A stretch of DNA of 64,000 nt from an uncultured Acidobacteriota bacterium (lineage in GTDB: Bacteria > Acidobacteriota > Thermoanaerobaculia > UBA5066 > Gp7-AA6), in NCBI GenBank assembly GCA_963723535.1, contig CAVRRE010000009.1:213297-277296 (forward strand), read 5' to 3'. The notes beneath the pieces are model-generated. The model did not search any database. It worked only from the letters and a program-made list of their open reading frames with translations, and had not been told where the DNA came from. The position numbers and the translations under genes are program-made. Positions 21,161 to 35,362 of the stretch are shown here, piece after piece; position 1 is the stretch's first letter, and every line of letters begins with the position of its first letter.

Positions 21161-22091
21161 TCATTCGGACGTGCGGTCTCGCACGAGGAAGCCCTTCCGC
21201 GCCCGGGCCGCATCGAGCGTCCGCCAGAGGTACTCGCCGAGGATGCCGACGCAGAGGAGCTGGACGCCGGAGAAGAACGCGACGGCGACCATCAGCGAGG
21301 TCCAGCCCGCGATCGACTGGCCGTGGAGGAGCTTGTAGACGACGAGAAAGACGGCGTAGGCGAAGGCGATCGCGGCGAGGAGCGCTCCGCCGAACGACAT
21401 CCAGCGCAGCGGCGCGTAGGAGAAGGACACGACGGCGTCGACGAAGTACTTGAGCTTCTTGCCGAACGTCCAGCGCGATTCTCCCTCCTCGCGCGCGGCG
21501 CGGTCGTAGGGCACGAGCGCCGTCGAGAAGCCGCCCCAGAGAAGCAGGCCCGGGCAGCGACGTGTGGATCTCCCGGCTCTCGACGAGGAAGTCGATCGCC
21601 GGCCGGCCGATGAGAAAGCAGTCGAATCCGCCCGAGGGCATCTGCTCGAAAGCCAGCCGTCGCAGCGTGCGGTAGTAGAAGCCGGCCGCCGCCCGCGTGG
21701 TCCAGCCTTCCGGGCGGCTCTTCCGCACCGCGAGGACGGCGGTGGCTCCCTGCCGCCAGGCCGCGACCATGCCCGGCAGACAGCTCGGGAGGCTCCTGCA
21801 GGTCCGCGGAGAGGACGGCCGCCGCCGCCCCCTTCGCATCGGCGAGGCCGGCGGTGATCGCCATCTGCGATCCGAAGTTGCGGGTCAGGCGGAGACCCCG
21901 CGCCCGCGGCCACGCCCGGGCGATCTCCTCGATGCGCTCCCACGAGCCGTCCTGCGAGCCGTCGTCGACGAGGACGACCTCCATGTCCCAGTCCGCGGTC
22001 TCGGCGATCGTCCGCAGGCGGGCCGCGAGCTTCGGCAGGCTCTCGGCGTTGAAGTAGACGGGAACGACGACCGAGACGAGCTCGCGGTCAT
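21161..22091 (-). CDS. family 2 glycosyltransferase (polyprenyl-phosphate sugar transferase-like, C-terminal TM pair)
   Basis: [23 protein letters not shown]...[22 protein letters not shown]...[22 protein letters not shown]...[12 protein letters not shown], and a C-terminal [49 protein letters not shown]...[26 protein letters not shown]. Several frame changes. Confidence 0.75.
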
Positions 22092-23236
22092 GCGCTTCTT
22101 CTCGAAGAACGACGCCACCGCGGCGCATCACGGCTTCGACCTGCGCGTCCGTGAGCGCGGCGTAGAGCGGCAGGGAGACGACGGTCTCGCAGGCGTTCTC
22201 GGAAACGGGGAAGTCTCCCTTCTTCCCGCCGAGAAACGCGTACGCGGGCTGAAGGTGGAGCGGGACGGGGTAGTGGACGGCCGTCTCGACGCCGCGCGCC
22301 GACAGGTGCTCGCGGAGCGCCTCCCGCTTCTCCGTTCGGACCGGGATAGAGGTGGCGGGCCGGGACCGAGCCCGGGCGCGTCGCCAGACGAGGCGCAGAG
22401 GAAGCTCGGCGAAGGCGGCGTCGTAACGGTTCGCGATCTCGAGGCGGCGGGCGTTCTCGCTCGCGAGCGAAGGGCAGCTTCGCCGCGAGGATGGCCGCCT
22501 GGAGCTCGTCGAGCCGCGAGTTCCAGCCCTCGCGTCTCCGCGAAGTCGCGGCGGCTCCAGCCGTACTGGCGAAGCTGCCGGAGCCGGCCGGCCGGTCTCG
22601 GCGTCGTTGGTCGCCACGGCGCCGCCGTCCCCGTAGGCGCCGAGATTCTTGGAGGGGTAGAAAGAGAAGGCCGCGGTTCTTCCGAACGAGCCCGCCGCGC
22701 GGCCCTGGAGAAGGGCGCCGTGGCTCTGCGCGCAGTCCTCGACGAGCGTCAGCTTCCGTCGCATCCGCGAGCGCAACGCAGGCCGGCGAAGGTCCGCGAG
22801 CCCTCCGTAGAGATGGACGGGGAGCAGGAACGCGCGTCGCGGGCGTGAGGACCTTCTCGGCGTTCGCGGCATCGAGCGTCAGCGTGTCCGCGTCGACGTC
22901 GGCGAGGACGGGCGCGGGCGCCGGCCATCCGCACGCCCGCGAGCGTCGGTCCGCAGGTGTTCGCGGGAAGAACGACCTCGTCCTCCGGGCCGGCTCCGAG
23001 GGCCCGCAGAGCCAGCGCGATGGCCTCGGTGCCGTTGGCGCAGCCGACGACGTGGGAGACGCCGAGGAACTTCGCGAAGGCAGCTCTCGAAGGCGGCGAC
23101 CTCTTCCCCGAGGACGAACCAGCCGCGTTCGAGGACCCGGGCGATGGCCGCGTCGATCGCCGCGCGTTTCTCCCGGTAGTCGAGGGCCAGGGCGCCGAAG
23201 GGGACACGAACGGCCGACTCCCGCGGTCACGCTCAC
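22088..23236 (-). CDS. DegT/DnrJ/EryC1/StrS-family sugar aminotransferase (second copy)
   Basis: VPFGALALDYREKRAAIDAAIARVLERGWFVLGEEV, FAKFLGVSHVVGCANGTEAIALALRALGAGPEDEVVLPANTCGPT, ADVDADTLTLD, PVHLYGGLAD...LVEDCAQSHGA...AAFSFYPSKNLGAYGDGGAV, LDELQAAILAAKLP and [14 protein letters not shown]...VSLPLYAALTDAQVEAV. Many frame changes. Confidence 0.75.
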   Translation of the reverse strand: MSVTAGVGRSCPLRRPGPRLPGETRGDRRGHRPGPRTRLVRPRGRGRRLRELPSRSSSASPTSSAAPTAPRPSRWLCGPSEPARRTRSFFPRTPADRRSRACGWPAPAPVLADVDADTLTLDAANAEKVLTPATRVPAPRPSLRRARGPSPACVALADATEADARRGLRAEPRRPSPGPRGGLVRKNRGLLFLPLQESRRLRGRRRRGDQRRRDRPAGSGSFASTAGAAATSRRREGWNSRLDELQAAILAAKLPFARERERPPPRDREPLRRRLRRASSAPRLATRPGSVPARHLYPGPNGEAGGAPRAPVGARRRDGRPLPRPAPPSARVRVSRREEGRLPRFRERLRDRRLPAALRRAHGRAGRSRDAPRWRRSSRRSA

Positions 23237-23799
23237 GCCGTCTCGGTCACGGCGCCGTCGGGGCCGCGCTCGTAGCGCCGACCGCAGGCGCACGCGCGCG
23301 GCGCTTCCGTTCTCGAAGCGCAGCGTCGCGCCGCAGCGGCAGACGTGGCCGTGAACCTGGGCCGGCGAGCCGTAGACCAGGGCGAAGTCGGCGACGTCCC
23401 GCGTCACGAGCGACCCCGCGCCGACCATCGCGAAGCGGCCGATCGTCACGCCGGGCAGGAGGATCGCCGCCGGCCCCGAGGCTCGCTCCCTCGCGGACGA
23501 CGGTGCGAGGGTACTCGCGCGAGGTGCCGGCCGCTGCGCGGGCGGGGATCGTTCGAGAACGTCACGTCGGGCCCGACGAAGACGTCGTCCTCGAGGGTCA
23601 GCGCGTCGTAGAGCGAGACGCCGCACTTGACGGTGACGCGGTCGCCGAGCACGACGTCGTTCTCGATGAAGCAGCGGTCGCAGATGTTGCAGTCGCGGCC
23701 GATGCGGGCTCCGGCGAGGATGTTGACGAACGCCCAGATGCGCGTGCCGTCCCCGATCGCCTTCGAGGCGACGAGTGCGGTCGGATGGACGGAGATCAT
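23233..23799 (-). CDS. left-handed beta-helix (hexapeptide) sugar N-acetyltransferase, WbpD/WlbB-like
   Basis: MISVHPTALVASKAIGDGTRIWAFVNILAGARIGRDCNICDRCFIENDVVLGDRVTVKCGVSLYDALTLEDDVFVGPDVTFSNDPRPR, then ILLPGVTIGRFAMVGAGSLVTRDVADFALVYGSPA, and a Cys-rich tail HVCRCGATLRFENG...CACGRRYERGPDG. Two or three frame changes. Confidence 0.7.
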
Positions 23800-23813
23800 G
23801 GACTGCGGCTAGC

Positions 23814-24826
23814 TTACCGGATCGGCCTCGCGGCCGCTCTCAGAAGTACTCCGCGCGCCGCGTCGCGATAGAAGTCGACGGTGCGCGCAAGGCCCTCGCG
23901 CAGTCCGGTCTTCGGCTCCCAGCCGAGGAGCCGCCGGATCTTCGTGATGTCGGAAACGAAGTCGCCGGGCTCCTGCGCCTTGCGCTCGGGCGTGAACTCG
24001 GTGAACTCGATCCGCGTGCCGGGCACGATCTCCCGGAGCAGCTCCGCGACCTCGAGAAAGGTGGAGGGACGGTCGTGTCCGACGTTGAGGATCTCTCCGA
24101 CGGCGGCGGGGGAGGTCGGCGGCGGCGACGAGGGCCTCGACGCAATCGTCGACGTAGAGAAAGTCGCGCAGGATCTTCCCCGTCCCGAAGATCGGGATGG
24201 GCCGCCCCTCGAGCGCGAGGCGCACGAACCAGTTCACGACGCCGAACTGCGAGTGGCGCATCTGGGCGCGGGGGCCGTAGACGTTGGTCAGCCGCAGGGG
24301 CACGGTGCGGATGCCGTGGATGCGGGTGTAGGTCCGGCAGATCATCTCCGAGGAGAGCTGGGAGATCTCGTAGATGCCGCGCGGATCCGAAGGCGTCTCC
24401 TCGGAGACCGGCAGCTTCACCGCGGGGCCGTACTGGCCGCGCGTGCCCGAGCGGACGATCGACGGCGCGCGGGTTCTTCTTGCGGCAGGCCTCCAGCACG
24501 ACGGCCGTGCCCTTGATGTTGATGTCGATGTCGGGGTACGGGTTCGACAGCGACATCACGTGCGAGACCTGGGCCGCGAGATGGAAGACGATGTCCCGTC
24601 CGTCGACGAGGCGCTCCATGGCCGCGGCGTCGCGCACGTCCGAGGTGTCGACCTCGACTCGGCCGCGGATCTCGGCGATGTTGGCCGGGTTGCCGCCGTA
24701 GCCCTCGATCATCGCGTCGCAGAGCGTGACCGTCGCGCCGCCGGCGAGCAGGCGGGCGGCCAGATTGGAGCCGATGAAGCCCAGCCCGCCCGTCACCAGG
24801 ACGTTCGCTCCGGAAAGGGCGTTCAT
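23814..24826 (-). CDS. NAD-dependent sugar epimerase/dehydratase (SDR family)
   Basis: NVLVTGGLGFIGSNLAARLLAGGATVTLCD...IVFHLAAQVSHVMSLSNPYPDIDINIKGTAVVLEACRK, then YEISQLSSEMICRTYTRIHGIRTVPLRLTNVYGPR...GKILRDFLYVDDCVEAL and DITKIRRLLGWEPKTGLREGLARTVDFY. Two frame changes. The 3' end is 23814 or 23840. Confidence 0.8.
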
Positions 24827-24875
24827 CGTCTAAACCACTCTAAATCAAAGCTTTGCGGCTGTCCACGCTCTGCTA

Positions 24876-24902
24876 CTAGCACTCTACAGAGACGAGTGCT
24901 AA
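24876..24902 (+). promoter_or_regulatory. CIRCE operator (HrcA binding site) upstream of groES
   Basis: CTAGCACTC-TACAGAGAC-GAGTGCTAA matches the consensus TTAGCACTC-N9-GAGTGCTAA at 17 of 18 arm positions, with an exact 9-nt spacer. It lies 82 nt upstream of the groES ATG. Confidence 0.85.
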
Positions 24903-24983
24903 TATCCGCCTCCGTTCCGATGCGCTCTCCCCGGGTGCGTCGGGACCCGAAAGAGGCAAACCAACTTCACAGGAGGAAGTTTC

Positions 24984-26934
<1,951 letters not shown>

Positions 26935-26960
26935 TCCCACGTTCCCGATTCGATTTCGAA

Positions 26961-26990
26961 GGCCCCGGCGCAAGCCGGGGCCTTTTTCTT
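26961..26990 (+). terminator. rho-independent terminator after groEL
   Basis: The perfect 9-bp stem GGCCCCGGC-GCAA-GCCGGGGCC is followed by TTTTTCTTT. It sits between the convergent groEL and ppk2. Confidence 0.85.
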
Positions 26991-27004
26991 TCCGGCGGAG
27001 GCCG

Positions 27005-27910
27005 TTACTTCTCGGCCAGCAGCTCCCGGCGCGCCGCGGCGAGCTCCTTCCGGGTCTCCCGCGAGACGACGGGGTAGTGGAGGTGGAGGGAGTCGAGCGC
27101 ATCGACCACGGCGGCCGCGACAACGAGCCGCGTGAACCATTTGTTGTCGGCGGGCACGACGTACCAGGGCGCGTTCGCGGTTGCCGTGTGGCGGATCATG
27201 TCCTCGTAGGCCGCCATGTAGTCCTTCCAGTAGGCCCGTTCCCGGACGTCGGCCGCCGAGAACTTCCAGTTCTTCTCGGGTCTGTCGAGGCGGGCCAGGA
27301 ACCGGCGTTTCTGTTCCTCCCGCGACACGTGCAGGAAGAACTTCCGGATGAGGACGCCGTTCCGGCCGAGGTATCGCTCGAAGGCCCGGATGTCCTTGAA
27401 GCGCTCCTGCCAGAGGGCCTTCGTGACCAGCGAGGCCGGGAGCTTCTGCCTCGCGAGGATCTCCGGATGGACGCGGACGATGAGGACTTCCTCGTAGTAC
27501 GAACGGTTGAAGATCCCGATGCGGCCCCGCTCGGGCAGCCTCTCCACGCAGCGCCAGAGGAAGTCGTGGTCGAGCTCCTCTTCGGAGGGCGCCTTGAAGG
27601 ACTCCACCTGGCAGCCCTGCGGATTCACGCCGGACATGACGTGCTCGATGACGCTGTCCTTGCCGGCCGCGTCCATCGCCTGAAAGATGAGGAGCACGGC
27701 CCAGCGATCCTGGGCGTAGAGCATCTCCTGGAGCTCGTCCAGGGCGTCGACTCCCGTCTCGAGCGCCTCGCGCGCTCGCGGCTTGTCCTTGTCGGTCAGC
27801 CAGAGCGTGTCGTTCGGATCGACCTTCGCGAGCCGGAACCTGCTCCCGTTCTCGACGCGAAACGGGCGGGAGAGCTTGCGGGACGTCTTCACGACTTGAT
27901 CGAGCTTCAT
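27005..27910 (-). CDS. ppk2: polyphosphate kinase 2 family protein (polyphosphate:nucleotide phosphotransferase)
   Basis: Intact 301-aa ORF: ...[80 protein letters not shown]...[51 protein letters not shown]...[15 protein letters not shown]. Confidence 0.9.
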   Translation of the reverse strand: MKLDQVVKTSRKLSRPFRVENGSRFRLAKVDPNDTLWLTDKDKPRAREALETGVDALDELQEMLYAQDRWAVLLIFQAMDAAGKDSVIEHVMSGVNPQGCQVESFKAPSEEELDHDFLWRCVERLPERGRIGIFNRSYYEEVLIVRVHPEILARQKLPASLVTKALWQERFKDIRAFERYLGRNGVLIRKFFLHVSREEQKRRFLARLDRPEKNWKFSAADVRERAYWKDYMAAYEDMIRHTATANAPWYVVPADNKWFTRLVVAAAVVDALDSLHLHYPVVSRETRKELAAARRELLAEK

Positions 27911-27995
27911 GGCGCCCGAATCTTTTCACGACGGCGACGTCCGGCCCCGGGTGTTTCTTATACTGGCGGCAGTGGGCAGCCCGTCGGGCCACCGT

Positions 27996-28891
27996 GTGTC
28001 AGCGGTCATCGTTCATTTCCGCACCCCGAGCGAGACCGCGCGCGCGGCGCGCGCGGTCGCGGAGACCTCGCCGGAGACGGAGATCCTCGTCGTGGACAAC
28101 GCGTCCGGCGACGGGATCGCGGCGCGATCTCGCGGCCGACGTGCCGGCCGCCCGCGTCGTCCTCGGAGCCCTCGAACCGCGGATTCGGCGCGGCCTGCAA
28201 CCGGGGCGCCCGCGAAACGACCCGGCCGTACCTGCTCTTTCTCAACTCCGACGCCTACCTGCGGCCCGGCGCCGTCGACGCGCTCGCCGCGGCCCTGGAC
28301 GCTTCTCCCGGCGCCGCGGCGGCCGCGCCCCGGCTCTCCAATCCCGACGGCTCGCTGCAGCCCTCGATCCAGCGGCTGCCCTCGCCGTGGCGGATCTTCT
28401 GCGAGAGCTCGGGCCTGGCGTTTCTCTCCGGCGGCCGGCCGCCTTTCGCCGGGCACTCGGCGACCCGCGAGGACCACGGCGCGGCCACGGTTCGTCGAGG
28501 CGGTCAAGGGCGCGGCGCTCCTCGTGCGGCGCGCCGACTTCGAGGCGGCGGGCGGTTTCGACGAGGACTTCTTCCTCTACGCGGAGGAGACGGACCTGAT
28601 CGCCCGCTGGCGGCGCATGGGCCGCAGTCTGGTCTTCGAGCCCGCGCGCCGAGGTCGTGCACGAGGGCGGCGCCTCGGCGGGCGATCGCACTCTTCGGCG
28701 AGCTCCATGCCTCGCTCGCCCGCTACGCGGCCAAGCATCACGGTCCCGCGGCGGCGATGCTCGTCCCGCGCCAGCCTCTCGGCCGGCGCCGCGCTTCGAT
28801 ACGCGATCGCCCTTCTGACGCCGGGCGAGCAGGGACGCGCCCGGCGCGCGCGCTACCGCGCGGCGCTCTCGGGCGCGCGACAGCGAAGTGA
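27996..28891 (+). CDS. family 2 glycosyltransferase
   Basis: [81 protein letters not shown]...[14 protein letters not shown], and [47 protein letters not shown]. Two or more frame changes. Confidence 0.75.
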
Positions 28892-30099
28892 AGCCGCTCG
28901 TCCTCAGCCTCCTTTCCGCGTCCGCCGCACGCGTCGCGCGACGGACTCGCGATCCGGAACTACCATCTCCTGGCGGCGCTGACACGAGAGTTCCGGGTGA
29001 GGGCCTTCGACCCTCTCCGACCCCGAGCGCGCGTACGAGGCCGAGTGGCCGGCCGGGGTCGACTCGGAGCAAATCTGGCAGGCTCCGCGCGGCTTCCGCC
29101 GGGTCACGGCCGCCGCCGGCAGCCTCGTTGCGGGCGGAGCGTACTCGGAGCGCATGTACCGTTCGGCGGGCGCTGCGCGGCGACTTCGCGAGATCGTCGG
29201 CCGCCGAGCCGCCCGCGCTGGATCGTCGCGCACTCCTACCACGTCGCGCTGGGCCGCGCTGCGGGCGACGCGGCCCGCTCTGGATCGACTTTCACAACCT
29301 CGACTCGGAGATCTGGCTGCGGACGCACGGCGACGGCCGCTTCGCCGCTCGCTTCGCTGGTTCGCGCGGTTCGCAGGCGGGCCGGGTCGTCGCTCTCGAG
29401 GGCGTCCTCGCGCAGCGCCGCCGCCGGGCTCTCCTGCGTGTCCGCGCGCGACGCCGAGCGCGCTGCGGACGCTCGGCGGCCGCGGCCGAGCCGCTCGTCG
29501 TCCCGAACGGCGTCGACCTCTCGCGACACGCATTCCGGCGCGAGATCGCGCCGGCGAACGAAACCGTCGTGTTCGTCGGGGACCTCTCCTGGCCGCCGAA
29601 CGCGGACGGCGTGCGATGGTTCCTCTCGGAGGTCTGGCCGCGCGTGCGGCGCGCCAGCGGCCGGCGGCCCGCGCTCGAGATCGTCGGCCGCTCGGCGCCA
29701 CCGGACCTCGTCGCGGCTCGGCGGTCCGGACGTCCGGTTCGCCGGCGAGGGCGGCGATGCCCGGACGCACTGGCTCCGAGCCGCGGTGGCCGTCGTTCCG
29801 CTCCTCGCCGGAGGCGGGACGCGACTGAAGATTCTCGAGGCCGCCGCGACGGGCGTGCCGGTCGTGTCGACGCCGGTCGGCGCCGAGGGACTGGAGTTCG
29901 CCGACGAGAGCGAGATCCTGCGCCGCGACGATGCCGAGGCCTTCGCCCGGGCCGCCGTGCAGTCTGCTCGCGCGACCGCGCCTGCCGCGCGGCGGCAGGC
30001 CGCGGCGGCGCGCGCCCGGGTCGAGGCGCAGTACGGCTGGGGCCCGATCGGCGAGGCGTTCGTCGCGGGCGCTCGCGGGCGGCGCGGAACGCCGCATGA
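28888..30099 (+). CDS. family 4 (GT-B) glycosyltransferase
   Basis: N-terminal part: KPLVLSLLS... and [17 protein letters not shown]-terminal part: [27 protein letters not shown], then [40 protein letters not shown]...[17 protein letters not shown]. Several frame changes. The stop is inferred at TGA 30097-30099, overlapping the next ATG. Confidence 0.7.
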   Translation: MKPLVLSLLSASAARVARRTRDPELPSPGGADTRVPGEGLRPSPTPSARTRPSGRPGSTRSKSGRLRAASAGSRPPPAASLRAERTRSACTVRRALRGDFARSSAAEPPALDRRALLPRRAGPRCGRRGPLWIDFHNLDSEIWLRTHGDGRFAARFAGSRGSQAGRVVALEGVLAQRRRRALLRVRARRRARCGRSAAAAEPLVVPNGVDLSRHAFRREIAPANETVVFVGDLSWPPNADGVRWFLSEVWPRVRRASGRRPALEIVGRSAPPDLVAARRSGRPVRRRGRRCPDALAPSRGGRRSAPRRRRDATEDSRGRRDGRAGRVDAGRRRGTGVRRRERDPAPRRCRGLRPGRRAVCSRDRACRAAAGRGGARPGRGAVRLGPDRRGVRRGRSRAARNAA

Positions 30100-31268
30100 G
30101 GGCGCTCGCCGCTGTCCTGGCGTTCGCGGCGCTGGCGCTCTTCCTGTGGTCCTACGTCGTGTATCCGCCGCTGGTGACGTCCGGATGGCGGCCCGGCGCG
30201 GCGAAAAGCGGCGCCCGATCCGCGGCCGGCCGCGCGGATCGGACTCCGTCGAAGTGATCCTCTCGGCGGCGGACGAGGAAGGGGTCATCGCCGCGCGCGT
30301 CGAAAACCTCCTCGCCCAGTCGGCGGTCCCCGGCGCGGCCTACCGCATCACGATCGGCTGCGACGGATGCCGGGACGGGACCGCGGAGCGCGCGCGCGCG
30401 GCGGCCTCGGGAGGGGCGTGTCCGTGTCGCGTCGTCGAGTTTCCGACGCGGCGCGGGAAGGCGGCCGTCCTCAACGACCTCGTCGCGGCGTCCACGGCGG
30501 ACCTCCTGGTCTTCACCGACGCCAACACGCGGTTCGAACCGGGCGCCGTGGCCGCGCTCGTCGAGGCCCTCGAGGACCCGGCGCGTGGGCGCGGCATGCG
30601 GGCGGCTCGTCTTCGAAGCGGCCGCCGGGGACCGCGCGGACGCCCGAGAGCGCGTACTGGGACCGCGAGACGCGGCTCAAGGAGGCCGAGGGCCGCCTCG
30701 GCGCCTGCCTCGGCGCCAACGGCGGCATCTATGCGGCCGAGCGGGTCCTGGTCTCGCCGCTGCCTCCCGGACACGACGTCGATGGACGACTTCCTGATCC
30801 CGGCGCGCATCGCCCGGGCCGGGCCGGCGCGTCGCCTTCGCCGGCGACGCCGTGGCCCGCGAGGACGCCGCGCAGGACGTCGCCGCCGAAGTTCGGCGGC
30901 GGACGCGCATCGGGATCGGCGCCGGCCAGGTCCTGCGCCGCGAGCTCTGGCTCTGGAACGCTGGCGCGGCATCCTGTGCTGACGTTCGCCTTCGCGTCGC
31001 GCAAGGCGGCGCGCTGGCTCGCGCCGCTTCTCGCGCTCGCGGCGGCGGCCGCCGCGCTCTTCGTGCCGCGAATGGCGGCCGGCCGGAGTCGCGGCGCTCG
31101 TCGTCGCGGCTCTCGCGCTGGCCTTCGCGCGGATGTCGCCCGGCGCTCCCGGGCGCGATCGGGAGGCTCTATTATTTCGTCGTGCTGAACGTAGCCCTGG
31201 CGCTCGGCGTCGCCCTCGGGCTTCTCGGGCACAGTCGTCCGTTCTGGACGCGGACGGCTCGCTCCTGA
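30096..31268 (+). CDS. membrane-anchored family 2 glycosyltransferase (processive-synthase-like)
   Basis: [50 protein letters not shown]...YRITIGCDGCRDGTAERA...VEFPTRRGKAAVLNDLVAASTADLLVFTDANTRFEPGAVAALVEAL, ACGRLVF, YWDRETRLKEAEGRLGACLGANGGIYA, MDDFLIPARIA, RRRTRIGIGAGQVL and the C-terminal TM LYYFVVLNVALALGVALGLLG. Many frame changes. Confidence 0.7.
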
Positions 31269-32649
31269 TGGCGTCGGGCCGGCCGTCCGCGTTCCGGGCG
31301 GTGGCGTTCGGCGGGCGACGTGGCGATCGCCGTCGCTTCGCTCGGCGCGGCGTTCTTCCTGCCGCCGGCACGTGGCGATTCCGGGCACGCTCGCGCTCCT
31401 GCCGGCCGAGAGCGTGCGTTTCACGCCGGGCAACATCGCGATCGTCGCCGCGGTCCAGGCGTTCGCGCTTTCCTTCTTCGGCCTCTACCGCGACCACGAG
31501 CGGTTTCGCGAGCCGCTCGCTGCGGCTCCTTCTGCCGGCCCTCTTCGTCGAGCTGCCTGTCGCTCGCCGCGATCTACTTTCTGGCGCAGCCGTATTCGTT
31601 TCCCGCGGTCGGTGCTCGTCGTCTACGTCGCTCTTGAACGGCGTGCTGCTCGGCTTCTGGCGGACCGCGCTCGACCGCCTCTTCCCCCAGCCGAAGCGCC
31701 GGGCGATGATCGTGGGCAGCGGGCCCGCGGCCACTCTGGTCGCCGACACGATTCGCCGCCACTCCTGGACGGGCGTCGAGCTGGTGGGTGTCGCTGGGCG
31801 ACGGCGGCGAGGGCGGAGGCCACGGACTGCCGGTGCTCGGGCGGTCGGAGAACCTCGTCGAGATCGCGCAGACGGAGCGAATCGACGAGGTGATCCTGAT
31901 GCCCGAGAGCGCCTTCCTGGCGCGACCGCCTTCCCGAGAGGATCCCCGAGGGCTTCGCCGCCGACCTGCTCGTCTGGCCGTCTCCTTTCGAGACCATGAT
32001 CGGGCGGCTGCGCTTTCGCATCGTGGGAGACCTGCCGCTGCTCGAAGCGCGCGTCCGCCCGCTGGGCGGCGCGGCGGCCTTCGCCAAGCGGGCGTTCGAC
32101 GTCGCCGCTTCCGGCGCGGCCCTGCTGCTCGCTCGCGCCGGGGCTCGTCGCTCGCGGCGCTGCTCGTCGGCGCGACGTCCCGGGGCGGCGTGTTCTACCG
32201 GCAGACCCGCGTCGGCCGGGACGGGCGGCCCTTCGAGCTCTGGAAGCTGCGGACGATGCGCGAGGGCGCCGAGGTCGAGACGGGCGCGGTGCTCGCCGTG
32301 CCCGACGATCCGCGGGTCACCGCCATCGGGCGGACGCTGCGCGCGGCGCGCATCGACGAGATCCCGCAGCTCTGGAACGTGCTGCGCGGCGACATGAGCC
32401 TGGTGGGCCCGCGGCCCGAGCGGCCCGAGTTCGCCGAGCGCTTCGCGACAGACGGTCTCCGGCTACTCGCTGCGGCACGCCGCGCGGCCGGGGCTGACGG
32501 GTCTCGCCCAGGTCTCGGGCGAGTACTCGACCGAGCCCGAGATCAAACTGCGCTACGATCTCGCTTACTTGAACAACTGGTCCTTCGGCCTGGACCTCGC
32601 GATCCTGCTGCGGACGCTGCCGGTCGTCCTCACGCGCCGTGGCGTCTGA
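31268..32649 (+). CDS. polyprenyl glycosylphosphotransferase (exopolysaccharide priming sugar transferase, WbaP/EpsB-like)
   Basis: N-terminal TM region, then [31 protein letters not shown]...[24 protein letters not shown]. The catalytic part is [30 protein letters not shown]...[46 protein letters not shown] and ...[26 protein letters not shown]. Many frame changes. Confidence 0.8.
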
Positions 32650-32681
32650 GAGCCCGGCATCGGCGCCGGGTCGCCGTCGTC

Positions 32682-33407
<726 letters not shown>

Positions 33408-33415
33408 TTTCGCGC

Positions 33416-33966
33416 TCAGCGGCGTTCGTCGGCAGGAAGCGGCGGCGGCTCCGACGAGACGTCCGGCGGAGAGCTCTCGGCGAGAGCCGGGCGATCTCGG
33501 AACGAGCAGCGGGTCCCGGCACCGGCCGGCGAGAGCGAGTCGAGGATCTCGGGGCTGATCCAGCCGGCGCGCAGGAGGGCCGCCTCGCCGCTGTCGCGGC
33601 GGCCCGGCGAGCATGTACGCGCGGCCCGAGGTTGAGGTCGATCTCGGCGCGCTCGCCGGTGGCGAACGCCTCCCGGTAGGTCTCGAGCGCGCGCTCGGGC
33701 TGGCCGGTGACGAGGAAGGCCGAGCCGGCGATCATCGCGGGCCGCGGGTCGCCCGGCAGGTCCGGTGCTCGAGGCGAGCGCGATGCCGACCGACGTGAAG
33801 GAGCTCGGCCGCGGCCCCGGGCTCGTCGACCCGATCGATGAGGCTCCGGAACGCGGCCGTGGTCGCGAGGCCGATGCGGCGCTCGGCCGCGGTAGCGCGG
33901 GCAGCTCCGGCGCGAGCGAGCCACACCAGGCGCGGCGAGCGCGGCCAGCCGCGGCAGGGGCTTCAC
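33416..33966 (-). CDS. small TPR-like protein
   Basis: GTG 33966 gives VKPLPRLAALAA..., then stitched AFRSLIDRVDEPGAAAELLHVG, PAMIAGSAFLVTGQPERALETYREAFATGERAEIDLNLG and RRDSGEAALLRAGWISPEIL, ending at TGA 33416-33418. Weak call. Confidence 0.35.
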
Positions 33967-35340
33967 GGCTCGGCGTCCTCCGGCGTCGGCGCCGGCCGCT
34001 CGGCCGCCACTCGCCAGGCGCGCCCCGCCGCGAGCAGGAGCGGCACGGCCGTGATCGGCCGCTGCAGCGGGAACCAGGTCAGGGCGGCGGCCGCGCCGGT
34101 CGCGAGCAGGGCGGCGAGCACGATCGCCTCGGGGCTCCGACGCCGCCAGGCGGCGGTCAGCGATCGCGGCGAGCAGGCAGCCGGCCGCCCCGACGGCCAG
34201 GAGCGCCGCCGGGACGCCGGCGTCGCTCGCGACCTGGAGGTAGTCGCTGTGCGCCTCGGCGTACGAGCTCGTGATCAGCGGGCTGACGAATCGGCGCTTC
34301 GCCCGGATCTCGGCGGCGAGCCGGTGCGGGCACGTACTCGGCGCCGAAGGTTCCCGGCCCGAACCCGAGAAGCGGCCGTTCGCGCGTCATCTCGACGGCG
34401 GCCGCCCACGGGCCGCCCCGGAACGACACGAGCGCGTCCCAGTTGCCGGTGCGCGCGGCCGCCGCGAGCTCCCGCGCGCGGTTGGAGAGCGGGAGGATAG
34501 GCGAGCACGGCCACCACGACGGCCGCGGACCGCGGCCGCCGATCGGCAGGACCGCGCGCGCGCGGAAGCGGAGGACGAGGAGCACCGCGCTCCCGGCGAG
34601 CACCGCGCGTGAGCGCCGTCAGGTTCTGGTTCACGACCAGTCCCGCCGCGAAGACGGCGAGGGCCGCGGCCGCGAGGACCGCGCAGGAGCGGTCGGCGGG
34701 CGCTCACCAGGACTCCCAGCGCGACGACGGACGCGAGCGCCAGAGCGATCGCGAGGTAGCCGACGTTGCCGGCGTAGGCGCCCGTCTCCTGGCGCGCGCC
34801 GAAGGTCTCGAGCTGGAACGGGCTGTAGAGCCCGCGCGCCTGGAGCACCGCGACGACCGCGTTGAGGGCGGCCGCCGCCGAGGAAAACGGCCGTCAGGGC
34901 CGCGCGCGCCCTCGGGAACACGCGCGAGGCGCCGAGCGGCAGGAGCAGCGAAAGAATCGCGATCGTCCGCAGCGTGTCGAGCGCGATCAGCGCGGCGAGG
35001 CGAGGCCAGGGCCGCGAGCACCGGCGAGCGCCGAGCGCGGCCGCCGCCGAGCACGAGGGCGGCGCGGCAGAGCAGCGGGGCTTCGCGGACCAGAGGTCGC
35101 GCGCGCGCGTGGACCGCGGCGGCCCGGGAGCGAGCAGGCACGCGGCGGCGAGGGCGCGTCCCGAGAAGGGCGACGAGCCGCTTGGGCGAGTCGAAGGCCG
35201 CCGCCGCCGCGGGTGTCGACGGCGAGCGCCGTGCCGGCGAGGACCACGCACAGGACGGCGGAGGCGACGACCGCGACGGCATCCCGGGCCGGCGCGCGCG
35301 CGTCGCCGCGCGGCCGCCTTTGCTGCTTCTTCGCCCACGC
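33963..35340 (-). CDS. O-antigen ligase/polymerase-like (Wzy_C) polytopic membrane protein
   Basis: Fragments in all three minus frames look like TM helices: AVAVVASAVLCVVLAGTALAV, LAALIALDTLRTIAILSLLLPLGA. A Wzy_C-like core follows: GNWDALVSFRGGPWAAAVEMTRERPLLGFGPGTFGAEY ... AHSDYLQVASDAGVPAALLAVGAAG. Very many frame changes, so the ends are approximate. Confidence 0.55.
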
Positions 35341-35362
35341 CGGCCGGGATGTTATGACGTTA

